From contig CP126532.1 of NCBI GenBank assembly GCA_030167145.1, positions 2,190,001 through 2,222,000 of the forward strand: a stretch of 32,000 nt of DNA, read 5' to 3'. The notes under the pieces were generated by a model. The model was not told the origin of the DNA, made no database searches, and was given only the letters and a program-made list of their open reading frames with translations. Both the position numbers and the translations under genes were made by a program. Source of the DNA: Ktedonobacterales bacterium. Lineage in GTDB: Bacteria; Chloroflexota; Ktedonobacteria; Ktedonobacterales; JADMIN01. Within the stretch, counting starts at the first letter, position 1, and the number at the start of each line of letters is the position of its first letter. Of this stretch, positions 24,018 through 31,704 are shown piece by piece.

Positions 24018-25829
24018 ATGTCGCGAGTAGAGCGAAATTCGCGGGGCGCGGGATTGGCCCGCGTCGCACATATACCGTTACCGTCGTGGATGCGCGATCA
24101 GATGCTGCGCGTGCCGCACGACATACGGGCGCGGCTCAAGCGCTCTGCCTTCGAGTATGGGCTGGCGCTGGCGGGGGTGGCGCTGACGACGATTTTCATC
24201 GGCGTTGTACGATCGTTTTTGCATGCGGGCAATATTTCGCTGCTCTATCTGATACCGGTGCTGTGGCTGGCGGCGACGTTTGGACGCTGGCCGGCTATTG
24301 TGGCGGCGGTGCTGGCGTTTCTGGCCTATGATTTCTTTTTCATTCCACCGTTGCATCGCTTCACGATCAACGATCCGGCGGAGTGGGTATCGCTGTTCGC
24401 GCTGCTGGCGACGGCGCTGGTGTTGGGGCAGCTCACGGCCAGGGTGCGGGAGCGGGCGCGCGAGGCGATAGAGAGCCAGCGGCGCACGGCGACGCTGTAT
24501 AGCTTGTCGCAGTTGATCACGGGCGCGAGGAGCTATGAGATATTGCTGGCGGCGCTGACGCGGCGCGTGGTGGAGGTGTTCGCGGCGGCTGGGGTGAGCA
24601 CGTGCGCGCTGATTGTGCCGGATGAGCAGGGCAGGCCGGTGACGCAAGCGATCTCGCCGGAGGACGGCCCAGGGGCGGGGGCGCTGCGGCTGACAGAGGG
24701 CGAGCAGGCGGCGGAGGCACGCTGGGCGCTGGAACGCAGCAAAGTGGTTGGGGGATCGGCGAGCGGGGATGTTGGGCAGCGCCAGCCAGCGGCCTATTAC
24801 TTTCTGCCGCTGCCCAGCGGCGGGCGTGTGGTGGGGATGCTGGGCATCGCTGGGGGCGATGGTATGCGGGAGTTGGTGGATGGCGTGATACGCTGGCGCG
24901 GGCCAGGGCAGCGCGATGGCGCGCAGGGAGCGGAGGGGGCAACGGGAAGCGGAGCGGGCGATGCCACGGTGGAGCTATTCGCGGCGTTTCGTGATCAGAT
25001 TGCCCTGGCGATCGACCGCGCCACGCTGCAGCAGCAGGCGATTCACACGGAGGCGTTGCGTGAGAGCGACCGCCTGAAGGATGTGCTGCTCGGCTCGGTG
25101 ACGCATGATCTGCGGACGCCACTAGCTTCGATCAAAGCGGCGGTAAGTACGCTGCTGGATAGGGAGTCACACTGGAGCGAGGAGGAGCGCCAGGGGGTGC
25201 TGGCGACGATCAATACCAGCGTGGACCGGCTGAACCGGCTGGTGGGGAATCTGCTGGATCTTTCGCGGTTGGAGGCTGGGGTGGCGCTGCCCCAACGCGA
25301 CTGGTATCTGATCGGCGATGTGATTGCGACGGTGCTCGACCGGCTGGAACTGACCGGCGACCTGGATCAGCGGTGGATTGAGGTGGATGTGCCGGATGAT
25401 CTGCCGCTGGCGCCGATGGACCACGCGCAGATCGAGCAGGTGCTGACGAATCTGATCGAAAACGCGCTGAAGTATTCGCCGCCCGAAAGCCCAATACGGA
25501 TTGCGGCGGAGGTGATGGGCACGCCCGCTGAACTGGAGGTGCGGGTGACGGATGCGGGGATTGGCATACCGCCCGCTGAGCTGGACGCGATCTTCGGCAA
25601 GTTCTATCGCGTGAGCGATGTGCGGCTGCCCTGGCTGACGAGCCGCCCGCCGGTGGGGACGGGGCTGGGGCTGGCGATCTGTGCTAGTATCATCGAAGCG
25701 CATGGGGGGCGTATCTGGGCGGAGAGTACGCTGGGGAAAAGCACGACGTTCTCCTTTACGCTGCCGATCCCCGAAGACCATCCCACCGGCGCATTGCCTG
25801 ATATTGAGATGGATGGCGCGCCAGGATGA
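24018..25829 (+). CDS. kdpD: Sensor histidine kinase, KdpD C-terminal type (DUF4118 TM bundle, GAF-like, HisKA, HATPase_c) lacking the N-terminal KdpD/Usp sensor module
   Basis: The TM region ...NISLLYLIPVLWLAATFGRWPAIVAAVLAFLAYDFFFIPPLHRFTI... is the DUF4118 signature. H-box: LLGSVTHDLRTPLASIK. N/G boxes: LTNLIENALKYSP ... VTDAGIGIP ... GTGLGLAICASIIEAHGG. The start is uncertain: ATG 24018 or GTG 23982. Confidence 0.85.
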   Translation: MSRVERNSRGAGLARVAHIPLPSWMRDQMLRVPHDIRARLKRSAFEYGLALAGVALTTIFIGVVRSFLHAGNISLLYLIPVLWLAATFGRWPAIVAAVLAFLAYDFFFIPPLHRFTINDPAEWVSLFALLATALVLGQLTARVRERAREAIESQRRTATLYSLSQLITGARSYEILLAALTRRVVEVFAAAGVSTCALIVPDEQGRPVTQAISPEDGPGAGALRLTEGEQAAEARWALERSKVVGGSASGDVGQRQPAAYYFLPLPSGGRVVGMLGIAGGDGMRELVDGVIRWRGPGQRDGAQGAEGATGSGAGDATVELFAAFRDQIALAIDRATLQQQAIHTEALRESDRLKDVLLGSVTHDLRTPLASIKAAVSTLLDRESHWSEEERQGVLATINTSVDRLNRLVGNLLDLSRLEAGVALPQRDWYLIGDVIATVLDRLELTGDLDQRWIEVDVPDDLPLAPMDHAQIEQVLTNLIENALKYSPPESPIRIAAEVMGTPAELEVRVTDAGIGIPPAELDAIFGKFYRVSDVRLPWLTSRPPVGTGLGLAICASIIEAHGGRIWAESTLGKSTTFSFTLPIPEDHPTGALPDIEMDGAPG

Positions 25830-25852
25830 GCGAAGCGCGCGGAGGCGAGCCG

Positions 25853-26623
25853 ATGAACGAGGAGCAGAACGAGAGGCAGAGCGAGGAACAGCCTAAGGTA
25901 TCTGGGGCGCAAGGGCAGGGGACGCGAGGGGCGCGCGTGCTGGTGATAGATGACGAGCCAGAGATTCGCCGCGCGGTGCGTGCGGGGCTGGCGAGCGCGG
26001 AGTTCGCGGTGGAGTGGGCGCCGACGGGGACGCAGGGTATGGAGATGGTGGCGCAGTGGCACCCCGATGTGGTCTTGCTGGACCTTTCGCTGCCGGATAT
26101 AGATGGCATCGAGGTCTGTCGCCAGCTACGGACGTGGTCGCAGACGCCGATCATCGTGCTGTCGGTGCGCTCAGGGGATGCGGATAAGATTGCCGCGCTG
26201 GAACTGGGAGCGGACGATTATCTTACCAAGCCGTTCAGTATGGGCGAGTTGATCGCGCGGATTCGCGTGGCGCTGCGGCATGCGGCGCATAGCGCGACGG
26301 GCGGCGGGACGGCGGAGGCGCGGTTCGCGACGGGTGAGCTGGCGCTAGATTTTGGGCGCAGGCGGGTGACGATGGGCGGGGCTGAGGTTCACCTGACGCC
26401 GACGGAGTACGAGGTGCTGAAGTATCTGGCGATGAACGCGGGGCGGGTGATTACGCATCATACGCTGCTGCGGGCGGTGTGGGGGCCGCAATATGAGGAC
26501 GAGGCGCATTATCTGCGGGTGTTCATTGGCCAGTTGCGCCGCAAGATCGAGCCGGAGCCGAGCCGCCCACGCTATCTGCTGACGGAGCCGGGGATCGGCT
26601 ATCGTTTGCGCGTGCCGGAATAG
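25853..26623 (+). CDS. kdpE: OmpR-family response regulator KdpE
   Basis: REC domain (VLVIDDEPEIRR...VVLLDLSLPDIDG...VLSVR...YLTKPF) plus a winged-helix trans_reg_C domain (LTPTEYEVLKYLAMNAGRVITHHTLLRAVWG...YLRVFIGQLRRKIE...GIGYRL). Three start candidates exist: ATG 25826 (ATGA overlap with the kdpD stop), ATG 25853 (GGAGG SD, chosen here), and GTG 25937 (GAGGGG SD). Confidence 0.85.
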   Translation: MNEEQNERQSEEQPKVSGAQGQGTRGARVLVIDDEPEIRRAVRAGLASAEFAVEWAPTGTQGMEMVAQWHPDVVLLDLSLPDIDGIEVCRQLRTWSQTPIIVLSVRSGDADKIAALELGADDYLTKPFSMGELIARIRVALRHAAHSATGGGTAEARFATGELALDFGRRRVTMGGAEVHLTPTEYEVLKYLAMNAGRVITHHTLLRAVWGPQYEDEAHYLRVFIGQLRRKIEPEPSRPRYLLTEPGIGYRLRVPE

Positions 26624-26796
26624 GAATGAGCGGGCGGTTGAAACCGCGCCTGGATGGCCTACGGCCACTAAACCCGCCTGCGCGGGTTGGAGACAGAGAA
26701 GAAGGATACCGAACGGCACTGCATTCCGCATAAGCCCCTTATTTGTCTCAATTTCCTAATGCTCCCGATTCCCCTGCGCGGCCTTCCCGCACGACC

Positions 26797-26867
26797 TTTA
26801 TGAAATCCTGACGCTTGCGCCTGCGCCCCTTTACGCGCTCTTTACGCGGCCCGACATACGCTTTATC
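26797..26867 (+). promoter_or_regulatory. Phased TTTAYN hexamers; candidate KdpE binding sites (core pair at 26830-26846)
   Basis: TTTATG at 26797, TTTACG at 26830, TTTACG at 26841 and TTTATC at 26862, with spacings of 33, 11 and 21 bp. The core cTTTACGcgctcTTTACGcg is a perfect 9-bp direct repeat with an 11-bp register, resembling the E. coli KdpE site (TTTATA-N5-TTTACA) as I recall it. Confidence 0.4.
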
Positions 26868-26878
26868 CGTGGCCCCAC

Positions 26879-27034
26879 ATGAATTGATGGGGACCGCTGG
26901 CAGACAAGAATGTCCGCCCCACCAGTGGCCTGGGAACAAGGATGTCTGCCCTATCGGTGGCGGCAGACAAGCATGTCTGCCCTATCGGTGGCGGCAGACA
27001 AGCATGTCTGCCCTATCGGTGGCGGCGAAAGGGA
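26879..27034 (+). repeat. 31-bp tandem array (2 identical units, 1 unit truncated into the RBS, 2 degenerate upstream units) of alternating inverted repeats
   Basis: The unit atgtctgccctatcggtggcggcagacaagc occurs at 26942-26972 and 26973-27003. At 27004-27026 it is identical for 23 nt, then runs into the AAAGGGAG SD of the receiver gene. Degenerate units lie at 26910-26941 and 26879-26909. Each unit carries TGTCTGCC ... GGCAGACA. Confidence 0.9.
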
Positions 27035-27042
27035 GATACGCA

Positions 27043-27429
27043 ATGCCTGCGGTACTAGTGGTGGAAGACGAGACGCCGCTACGGCGCATTGTGCTGCTGA
27101 GCCTGGCGCGGCGCGGCTATACGGTGGCCGAGGCTGATAGCGTGACGACGGCGATTGAGGCGCTGGATGCATTTGCCAGGCCGTTCGATGTGATCGTGCT
27201 CGACATCAATCTGCCGGACCAGACGGGATGGGATGTGCTGCGCTATCTGCGCGAGCGCGCTATCGCGCCGCCACGGGTGATCGTGATGACGGCGGTGCGC
27301 CCGGCACAGTGCCGGTTGGAGGAGTTTCACCCGGTGGCGCTGCTGCTGAAGCCGTTCCCCATCGAGGCACTGGTGCGGTTGATCGAGCGCATGCTCAAGC
27401 GGCCAGCCGCCGCAGGGGCGCAGCGATAG
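27043..27429 (+). CDS. Stand-alone receiver-domain response regulator (CheY-like, no output domain)
   Basis: MPAVLVVEDETPLRRIVLLSLARRGYTVAEADSVTTAIEALDAFARPFDVIVLDINLPDQTGWDVLRYLRER...VIVMTAV...LLKPFPIEAL carries the acidic pocket (DE), the phospho-acceptor Asp (LDINLPD), the Thr and the Lys of REC domains. A GGGAG SD lies 8 nt upstream. The upstream part of the track ORF 26815..27429 is repeat DNA, not coding. Confidence 0.85.
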   Translation: MPAVLVVEDETPLRRIVLLSLARRGYTVAEADSVTTAIEALDAFARPFDVIVLDINLPDQTGWDVLRYLRERAIAPPRVIVMTAVRPAQCRLEEFHPVALLLKPFPIEALVRLIERMLKRPAAAGAQR

Positions 27430-27444
27430 CTACAGGAGTTCAAG

Positions 27445-27528
27445 ATGGCTGATCTGCTCTTCGTGGTGGTTACGGTGGCGTCGTTCACGCTGCTGATTGC
27501 GTTCGTGTTCGCATGCGACCGGCTTTAG
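27445..27528 (+). CDS. 27-aa hydrophobic micro-protein (single TM), unannotated small ORF upstream of kdpF
   Basis: My own translation: MADLLFVVVTVASFTLLIAFVFACDRL*. A CAGGAG SD lies 6 nt upstream. It fits in the gap between the receiver stop (27429) and kdpF (27544). It is too short for the ORF track. Confidence 0.5.
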   Translation: MADLLFVVVTVASFTLLIAFVFACDRL

Positions 27529-27543
27529 GTAAGGGGAGGCAGC

Positions 27544-27633
27544 ATGAACCTTGAGTATGTGATGGTCGGGCTGATCGCGCTGGCGGTCGGCGTGTATCTC
27601 GCGGTCGCGTTGCTGCGGCCCGACAAGTTTTAG
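27544..27633 (+). CDS. kdpF: K+-transporting ATPase subunit F
   Basis: My own translation: MNLEYVMVGLIALAVGVYLAVALLRPDKF*. It is a single TM segment with the characteristic Y-L-x-x-A-L-L-R-P-E/D-K-F C-terminus. An AAGGGGAGG SD lies upstream, and kdpA starts 18 nt after its stop. It is too short for the ORF track. Confidence 0.85.
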   Translation: MNLEYVMVGLIALAVGVYLAVALLRPDKF

Positions 27634-27650
27634 ACGGTGAGAATGTACGT

Positions 27651-29411
27651 ATGTCGTTCACGTTTAACGGCGTGGCGCAGATTATCGTGTATTTTCTGCT
27701 GCTGTTGCTGATTACGAAGCCGCTGGGGCTGTATCTGACGGCGGTGTTCAGCGGGCGGCGCACGTGGCTGAGTCCGGTGCTGCGGCCGGTAGAGCGGGTG
27801 CTCTACAAGGTCAGTGGGGTGGATGAGCATAAGGAGCAGGATTGGAAGATCTACGCGGTCGCCATGCTGTCCTTCACGGCGGCTACGGTGCTGCTGCTCT
27901 ACGCCATCGAGCGGTTGCAGGATGTGCTGCCGCTCAACCCTGCTGATATGGGCAAGGTGGATCCGCTGCTCGCCTTCAACACGGCGGTCAGCTTTTCGAC
28001 CAACACCAACTGGCAGAACTATGCCGGCGAGACGACGATGAGCTATCTGACGCAGATGGCGGGCCTCGCCTTCCACAACTTTGCTTCGGCGGCGGTGGGT
28101 GTGGCGCTGGCAGTGGCGGTGATCCGTGGGCTGACGCGCCGAAGCGGACGCGCGCTCGGCAACTTCTGGGTGGACCTGACGCGGTGCTTTCTCTATATTC
28201 TGCTGCCGATTTGTTTTGTCTATGCGCTGTTTCTGGTGTGGCAGGGGGCGCCGCAGAACTTCAACGCTTACACGCATGTGATGGGGATTCAGGGGTTCGC
28301 GCAGACCATCGCGCAGGGGCCAGTGGCCTCGCAAGAGGCGATCAAGCTGTTCGGCACGAACGGCGGCGGCTTCTTCAATGCGAACTCGGCGCATCCGTTC
28401 GAGAATCCCACGCCGTTCAGCAATCTTGTCGAGATGCTTTCGATCTTCGCGCTGGGCGCGGCGCTGATCTATATGTTCGGCAAGATGGCGGGCAATACGA
28501 AACAGGGGTGGGCGCTTTTCGGCGCGGTGAGCGTGCTGTTCCTGCTGAGCGCGTTCGTTGCGCTGGGAGCGGAGCAGGCGGGGAATCCGGCGTTTGCGCG
28601 GCTGGGGGTGAATCAGACGGCGACGGAATGGTCGCTGGCGCAGCCCGGCGGGAATATGGAGGGCAAGGAGCTGCGGTTCGGTATCGCTTCTTCGACGCTC
28701 TTTGCCACGATTACCACGGATGCGTCGTGCGGCGCGATCAATAGCTGGCACGATAGCTATACGCCGATTGGTGGCATGGCGCCGCTGGTGAATATCGGGC
28801 TGGGCGAGGTGGTCTTTGGTGGGGTGGGGTCGGGGCTGTATGGCTTGATCGTCTTCGCAATTCTCGCGGTGTTCATCGCGGGCCTGATGGTGGGGCGCAC
28901 GCCCGAATACCTGGGCAAGAAGATCGAGCAGTATGAGATGAAGATGGCGGCGCTGGCGATCCTGATTCTGCCGCTGAGCATCCTGGGCTTTAGTGCGCTG
29001 GGTGTGGTGCTGAAACCGGGCGTTACGGCGATTGCGAATCCGGGGCCGCACGGGCTGAGCGAAGTGCTGTATGCCTTCACCTCGATGACCGGCAACAATG
29101 GGTCGGCCTTCGCGGGACTGGGCACGACGACGATTGGCACGGCGTCGTTCGCCTTCTACAACTGGACGGGGGCTTTCGCGATGCTGATCGGGCGCTTCGC
29201 ATTCGTGGTTCCGGTGATGGCGCTGGCTGGGTCGCTGGTGCGGAAGAAGGTCGCGCCAGTGGGGCCGGGGACATTCCCAACGGCGACGCCGCTATTTTCG
29301 GGGCTGCTGATCGGCGTGATCGTGATCGTCGGCGCGCTGACGTTCTTCCCGGCATATGCGCTTGGCCCGATAGTGGAGCATCTGCTGATGCTCGCGGGGA
29401 AGTCATTTTAG
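27651..29411 (+). CDS. kdpA: K+-transporting ATPase subunit A (channel-like subunit)
   Basis: 586 aa and polytopic, with typical KdpA segments (…SFSTNTNWQNYAGETTMSYLTQM…, …LFGTNGGGFFNANSAHPFENPT…, …ITTDASCGAINSWHDS…, …SMTGNNGSAFAGL…), i.e. the four selectivity-filter-like loops. Confidence 0.95.
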   Translation: MSFTFNGVAQIIVYFLLLLLITKPLGLYLTAVFSGRRTWLSPVLRPVERVLYKVSGVDEHKEQDWKIYAVAMLSFTAATVLLLYAIERLQDVLPLNPADMGKVDPLLAFNTAVSFSTNTNWQNYAGETTMSYLTQMAGLAFHNFASAAVGVALAVAVIRGLTRRSGRALGNFWVDLTRCFLYILLPICFVYALFLVWQGAPQNFNAYTHVMGIQGFAQTIAQGPVASQEAIKLFGTNGGGFFNANSAHPFENPTPFSNLVEMLSIFALGAALIYMFGKMAGNTKQGWALFGAVSVLFLLSAFVALGAEQAGNPAFARLGVNQTATEWSLAQPGGNMEGKELRFGIASSTLFATITTDASCGAINSWHDSYTPIGGMAPLVNIGLGEVVFGGVGSGLYGLIVFAILAVFIAGLMVGRTPEYLGKKIEQYEMKMAALAILILPLSILGFSALGVVLKPGVTAIANPGPHGLSEVLYAFTSMTGNNGSAFAGLGTTTIGTASFAFYNWTGAFAMLIGRFAFVVPVMALAGSLVRKKVAPVGPGTFPTATPLFSGLLIGVIVIVGALTFFPAYALGPIVEHLLMLAGKSF

Positions 29412-29435
29412 TGCAGACCAAGGCAGGTTGTTGGC

Positions 29436-31652
29436 ATGATAGAGCGGCATGAAGAGACGATGATTCCAGCGGATGTGAAGGCAAGCGCGGAAGCGGTGCA
29501 GCCGGGCAGAACCGGCAGAATCGGTAGTGAGGTGGCGAAGGCGCGGCGTCCACGGCGGAGCGCGGCGCTCTTCGATCCCGCCATTACGCGGCGCGCGGTA
29601 GGCGATGCGTTCAAGAAGCTGGATCCGCGCGTGCAGGCGCGCAACCCGGTGATGTTCGTGGTGGAGATCGGCAGCGTGATCACCTCGCTAGAGTTCGCGC
29701 ATACGCTGCTCGACCCAAAGCTGGTGGGGGATAGAGGCTTCGTGGCGGGGGTGACGCTGTGGCTGTGGTTCACGGTGCTGTTCGCGAATTTCGCCGAAGC
29801 GATGGCGGAGGGACGCGGCAAGGCGCAGGCGGATACGCTGCGGCGCGCCCGCAGTGAGACGCTGGCCAAGCGACTGCGCGCGGCGGGGGATGCGCCGGTG
29901 CGCCGGGATGTGCCGGTGGAGGAGGTGGCGGCGCCACAACTGCACAAGGGTGATCTGGTGCTGGTGGAGGCGGGTGATCTGATTCCTGGCGATGGCGACG
30001 TGATCGAAGGGGTCGCGTCGGTGGATGAGTCGGCGATCACGGGCGAATCGGCGCCGGTGATTCGCGAGAGCGGCGGCGACCGCTCCGCCGTGACGGGTGG
30101 GACGCGCGTGCTCTCCGACTGGATCATTGTACGCATCTCCTCGAATCCCGGCGAGACGTTTCTGGACCGGATGATCGCGCTGGTGGAGGGGGCAAGCCGC
30201 CAGAAGACGCCCAACGAAATCGCGCTGAATATCCTGCTGGCCAGCCTGACGATCATCTTCTTGCTGGCGGTAGTGACTCTCGAACCGTTCGCCATCTATT
30301 CGGGCAATGCGGTTTCGATTACCGCGCTGATTGCGCTGCTGGTGTGTCTGATTCCGACGACTATCGGAGGGCTGCTCTCTTCGATTGGCATCGCGGGGAT
30401 GGACCGGCTGGTGCAGCGCAATGTGCTGGCGATGAGCGGACGCGCGGTGGAAGCGGCGGGCGACGTGGATGTGTTGCTGCTGGATAAGACGGGCACGATC
30501 ACGCTGGGCAACCGCATGGCGAGCGAGTTCATTCCGGTGGCGGGGGTGAGCGAGCGTGAACTGGCCGAGGCGGCGCTACTCTCGTCGCTGCCGGATGAGA
30601 CGCCGGAAGGGCGTTCCATCGTCGCGCTGGCGCGGGATACGTACAAGCTGGATGGACATGCGGACGGGAACCCGGAGTTGATGACTTTCATTCCGTTCAG
30701 CGCGTCCACGCGGATGAGCGGGGTAGATGTGGCGGCGAATGGCGCTGGTCCGGCGCGGCAGGTGCGCAAAGGCGCGGGCGACGCGGTCATCGCGTGGGTC
30801 AGCGAGGGGGTCGGCGCGATACCAAGTGACTTGCGGTCCACGGTGGAGCGCATTGCGCGGGCGGGTGGCACGCCGCTGGTGGTGGCGGAGGCGCAGGGAG
30901 GCGCACCGGCGCACGTGCTGGGGGTGATCTATCTGAAGGATGTGGTGAAGGCGGGGATGCGCGAGCGCTTTGATGAATTGCGCCATATGGGCATCCGGAC
31001 GGTGATGATTACCGGCGATAATCCGCTGACCGCCGCCGCGATTGCAGAGGAAGCGGGGGTGGATGATTTTCTGGCGCAGGCGACGCCGGAGACCAAGATG
31101 AAGCTGATTCGCGAGCAGCAGGCGGGTGGGCGGCTGGTGGCGATGACTGGCGACGGGACGAACGATGCGCCCGCGCTGGCGCAGGCGGATGTGGGCGTGG
31201 CGATGAACACGGGCACGCAGGCGGCGAAGGAAGCTGGCAACATGGTGGATCTCGACTCGAATCCGACCAAGTTGATCGAAATCGTGGAGGTGGGCAAGCA
31301 GTTGCTGATGACACGCGGCGCGCTGACGACCTTCAGCATCGCCAACGATGTGGCGAAATATTTCGCGATCATCCCGGCTGTCTTCGTCGCCACGTATCCG
31401 CAGCTTCAGGCGCTGAATGTGATGCATCTGGCGACGCCGCATAGCGCGGTGCTCTCGGCGGTGATCTTCAACGCGCTGATCATCGTCGCGCTGATCCCGC
31501 TGGCGCTACGCGGGGTGAAGTATCGCGCGGTGGGCGCGGCGGCGCTGCTGCGGCGTAATCTGCTGCTCTATGGCGTGGGTGGGATTATCTTGCCGTTCAT
31601 CGGCATCAAGCTGATTGATCTGCTGCTCGTCGCGCTGCATCTGACGGCATAA
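29436..31652 (+). CDS. kdpB: K+-transporting ATPase subunit B (P-type ATPase catalytic subunit)
   Basis: [35 protein letters not shown] aligns with the E. coli KdpB N-terminus. The phosphorylation motif [13 protein letters not shown] and the motifs [10 protein letters not shown] and [19 protein letters not shown] are present. There is a ~40-aa N-terminal extension if ATG 29436 is the true start. Confidence 0.93.
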   Translation: MIERHEETMIPADVKASAEAVQPGRTGRIGSEVAKARRPRRSAALFDPAITRRAVGDAFKKLDPRVQARNPVMFVVEIGSVITSLEFAHTLLDPKLVGDRGFVAGVTLWLWFTVLFANFAEAMAEGRGKAQADTLRRARSETLAKRLRAAGDAPVRRDVPVEEVAAPQLHKGDLVLVEAGDLIPGDGDVIEGVASVDESAITGESAPVIRESGGDRSAVTGGTRVLSDWIIVRISSNPGETFLDRMIALVEGASRQKTPNEIALNILLASLTIIFLLAVVTLEPFAIYSGNAVSITALIALLVCLIPTTIGGLLSSIGIAGMDRLVQRNVLAMSGRAVEAAGDVDVLLLDKTGTITLGNRMASEFIPVAGVSERELAEAALLSSLPDETPEGRSIVALARDTYKLDGHADGNPELMTFIPFSASTRMSGVDVAANGAGPARQVRKGAGDAVIAWVSEGVGAIPSDLRSTVERIARAGGTPLVVAEAQGGAPAHVLGVIYLKDVVKAGMRERFDELRHMGIRTVMITGDNPLTAAAIAEEAGVDDFLAQATPETKMKLIREQQAGGRLVAMTGDGTNDAPALAQADVGVAMNTGTQAAKEAGNMVDLDSNPTKLIEIVEVGKQLLMTRGALTTFSIANDVAKYFAIIPAVFVATYPQLQALNVMHLATPHSAVLSAVIFNALIIVALIPLALRGVKYRAVGAAALLRRNLLLYGVGGIILPFIGIKLIDLLLVALHLTA

Positions 31653-31704
31653 CCGACGACGAACGGCATGTGTTTCTTTGCGAAGTGAGAAAGTGATAGC
31701 ACTT

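Noticed and set aside
26640-26690. Series of short hairpins right after kdpE (gcggt-tgaa-accgc, ggcc-tac-ggcc, aacccgc-ctgc-gcgggtt) as an intrinsic terminator
   Set aside because: The stems are real, but no U-tract follows on the + strand. I cannot tell whether kdpDE transcription stops here or reads through into the kdp operon, so this is not listed as a feature.
26624-27042. Known c-di-AMP (ydaO/kimA-type) or other riboswitch in the kdp leader
   Set aside because: I could not recognise the conserved pseudo-two-fold c-di-AMP riboswitch core. The leader is dominated by a simple tandem hairpin repeat instead. An infernal/Rfam scan would be needed for a firm negative.
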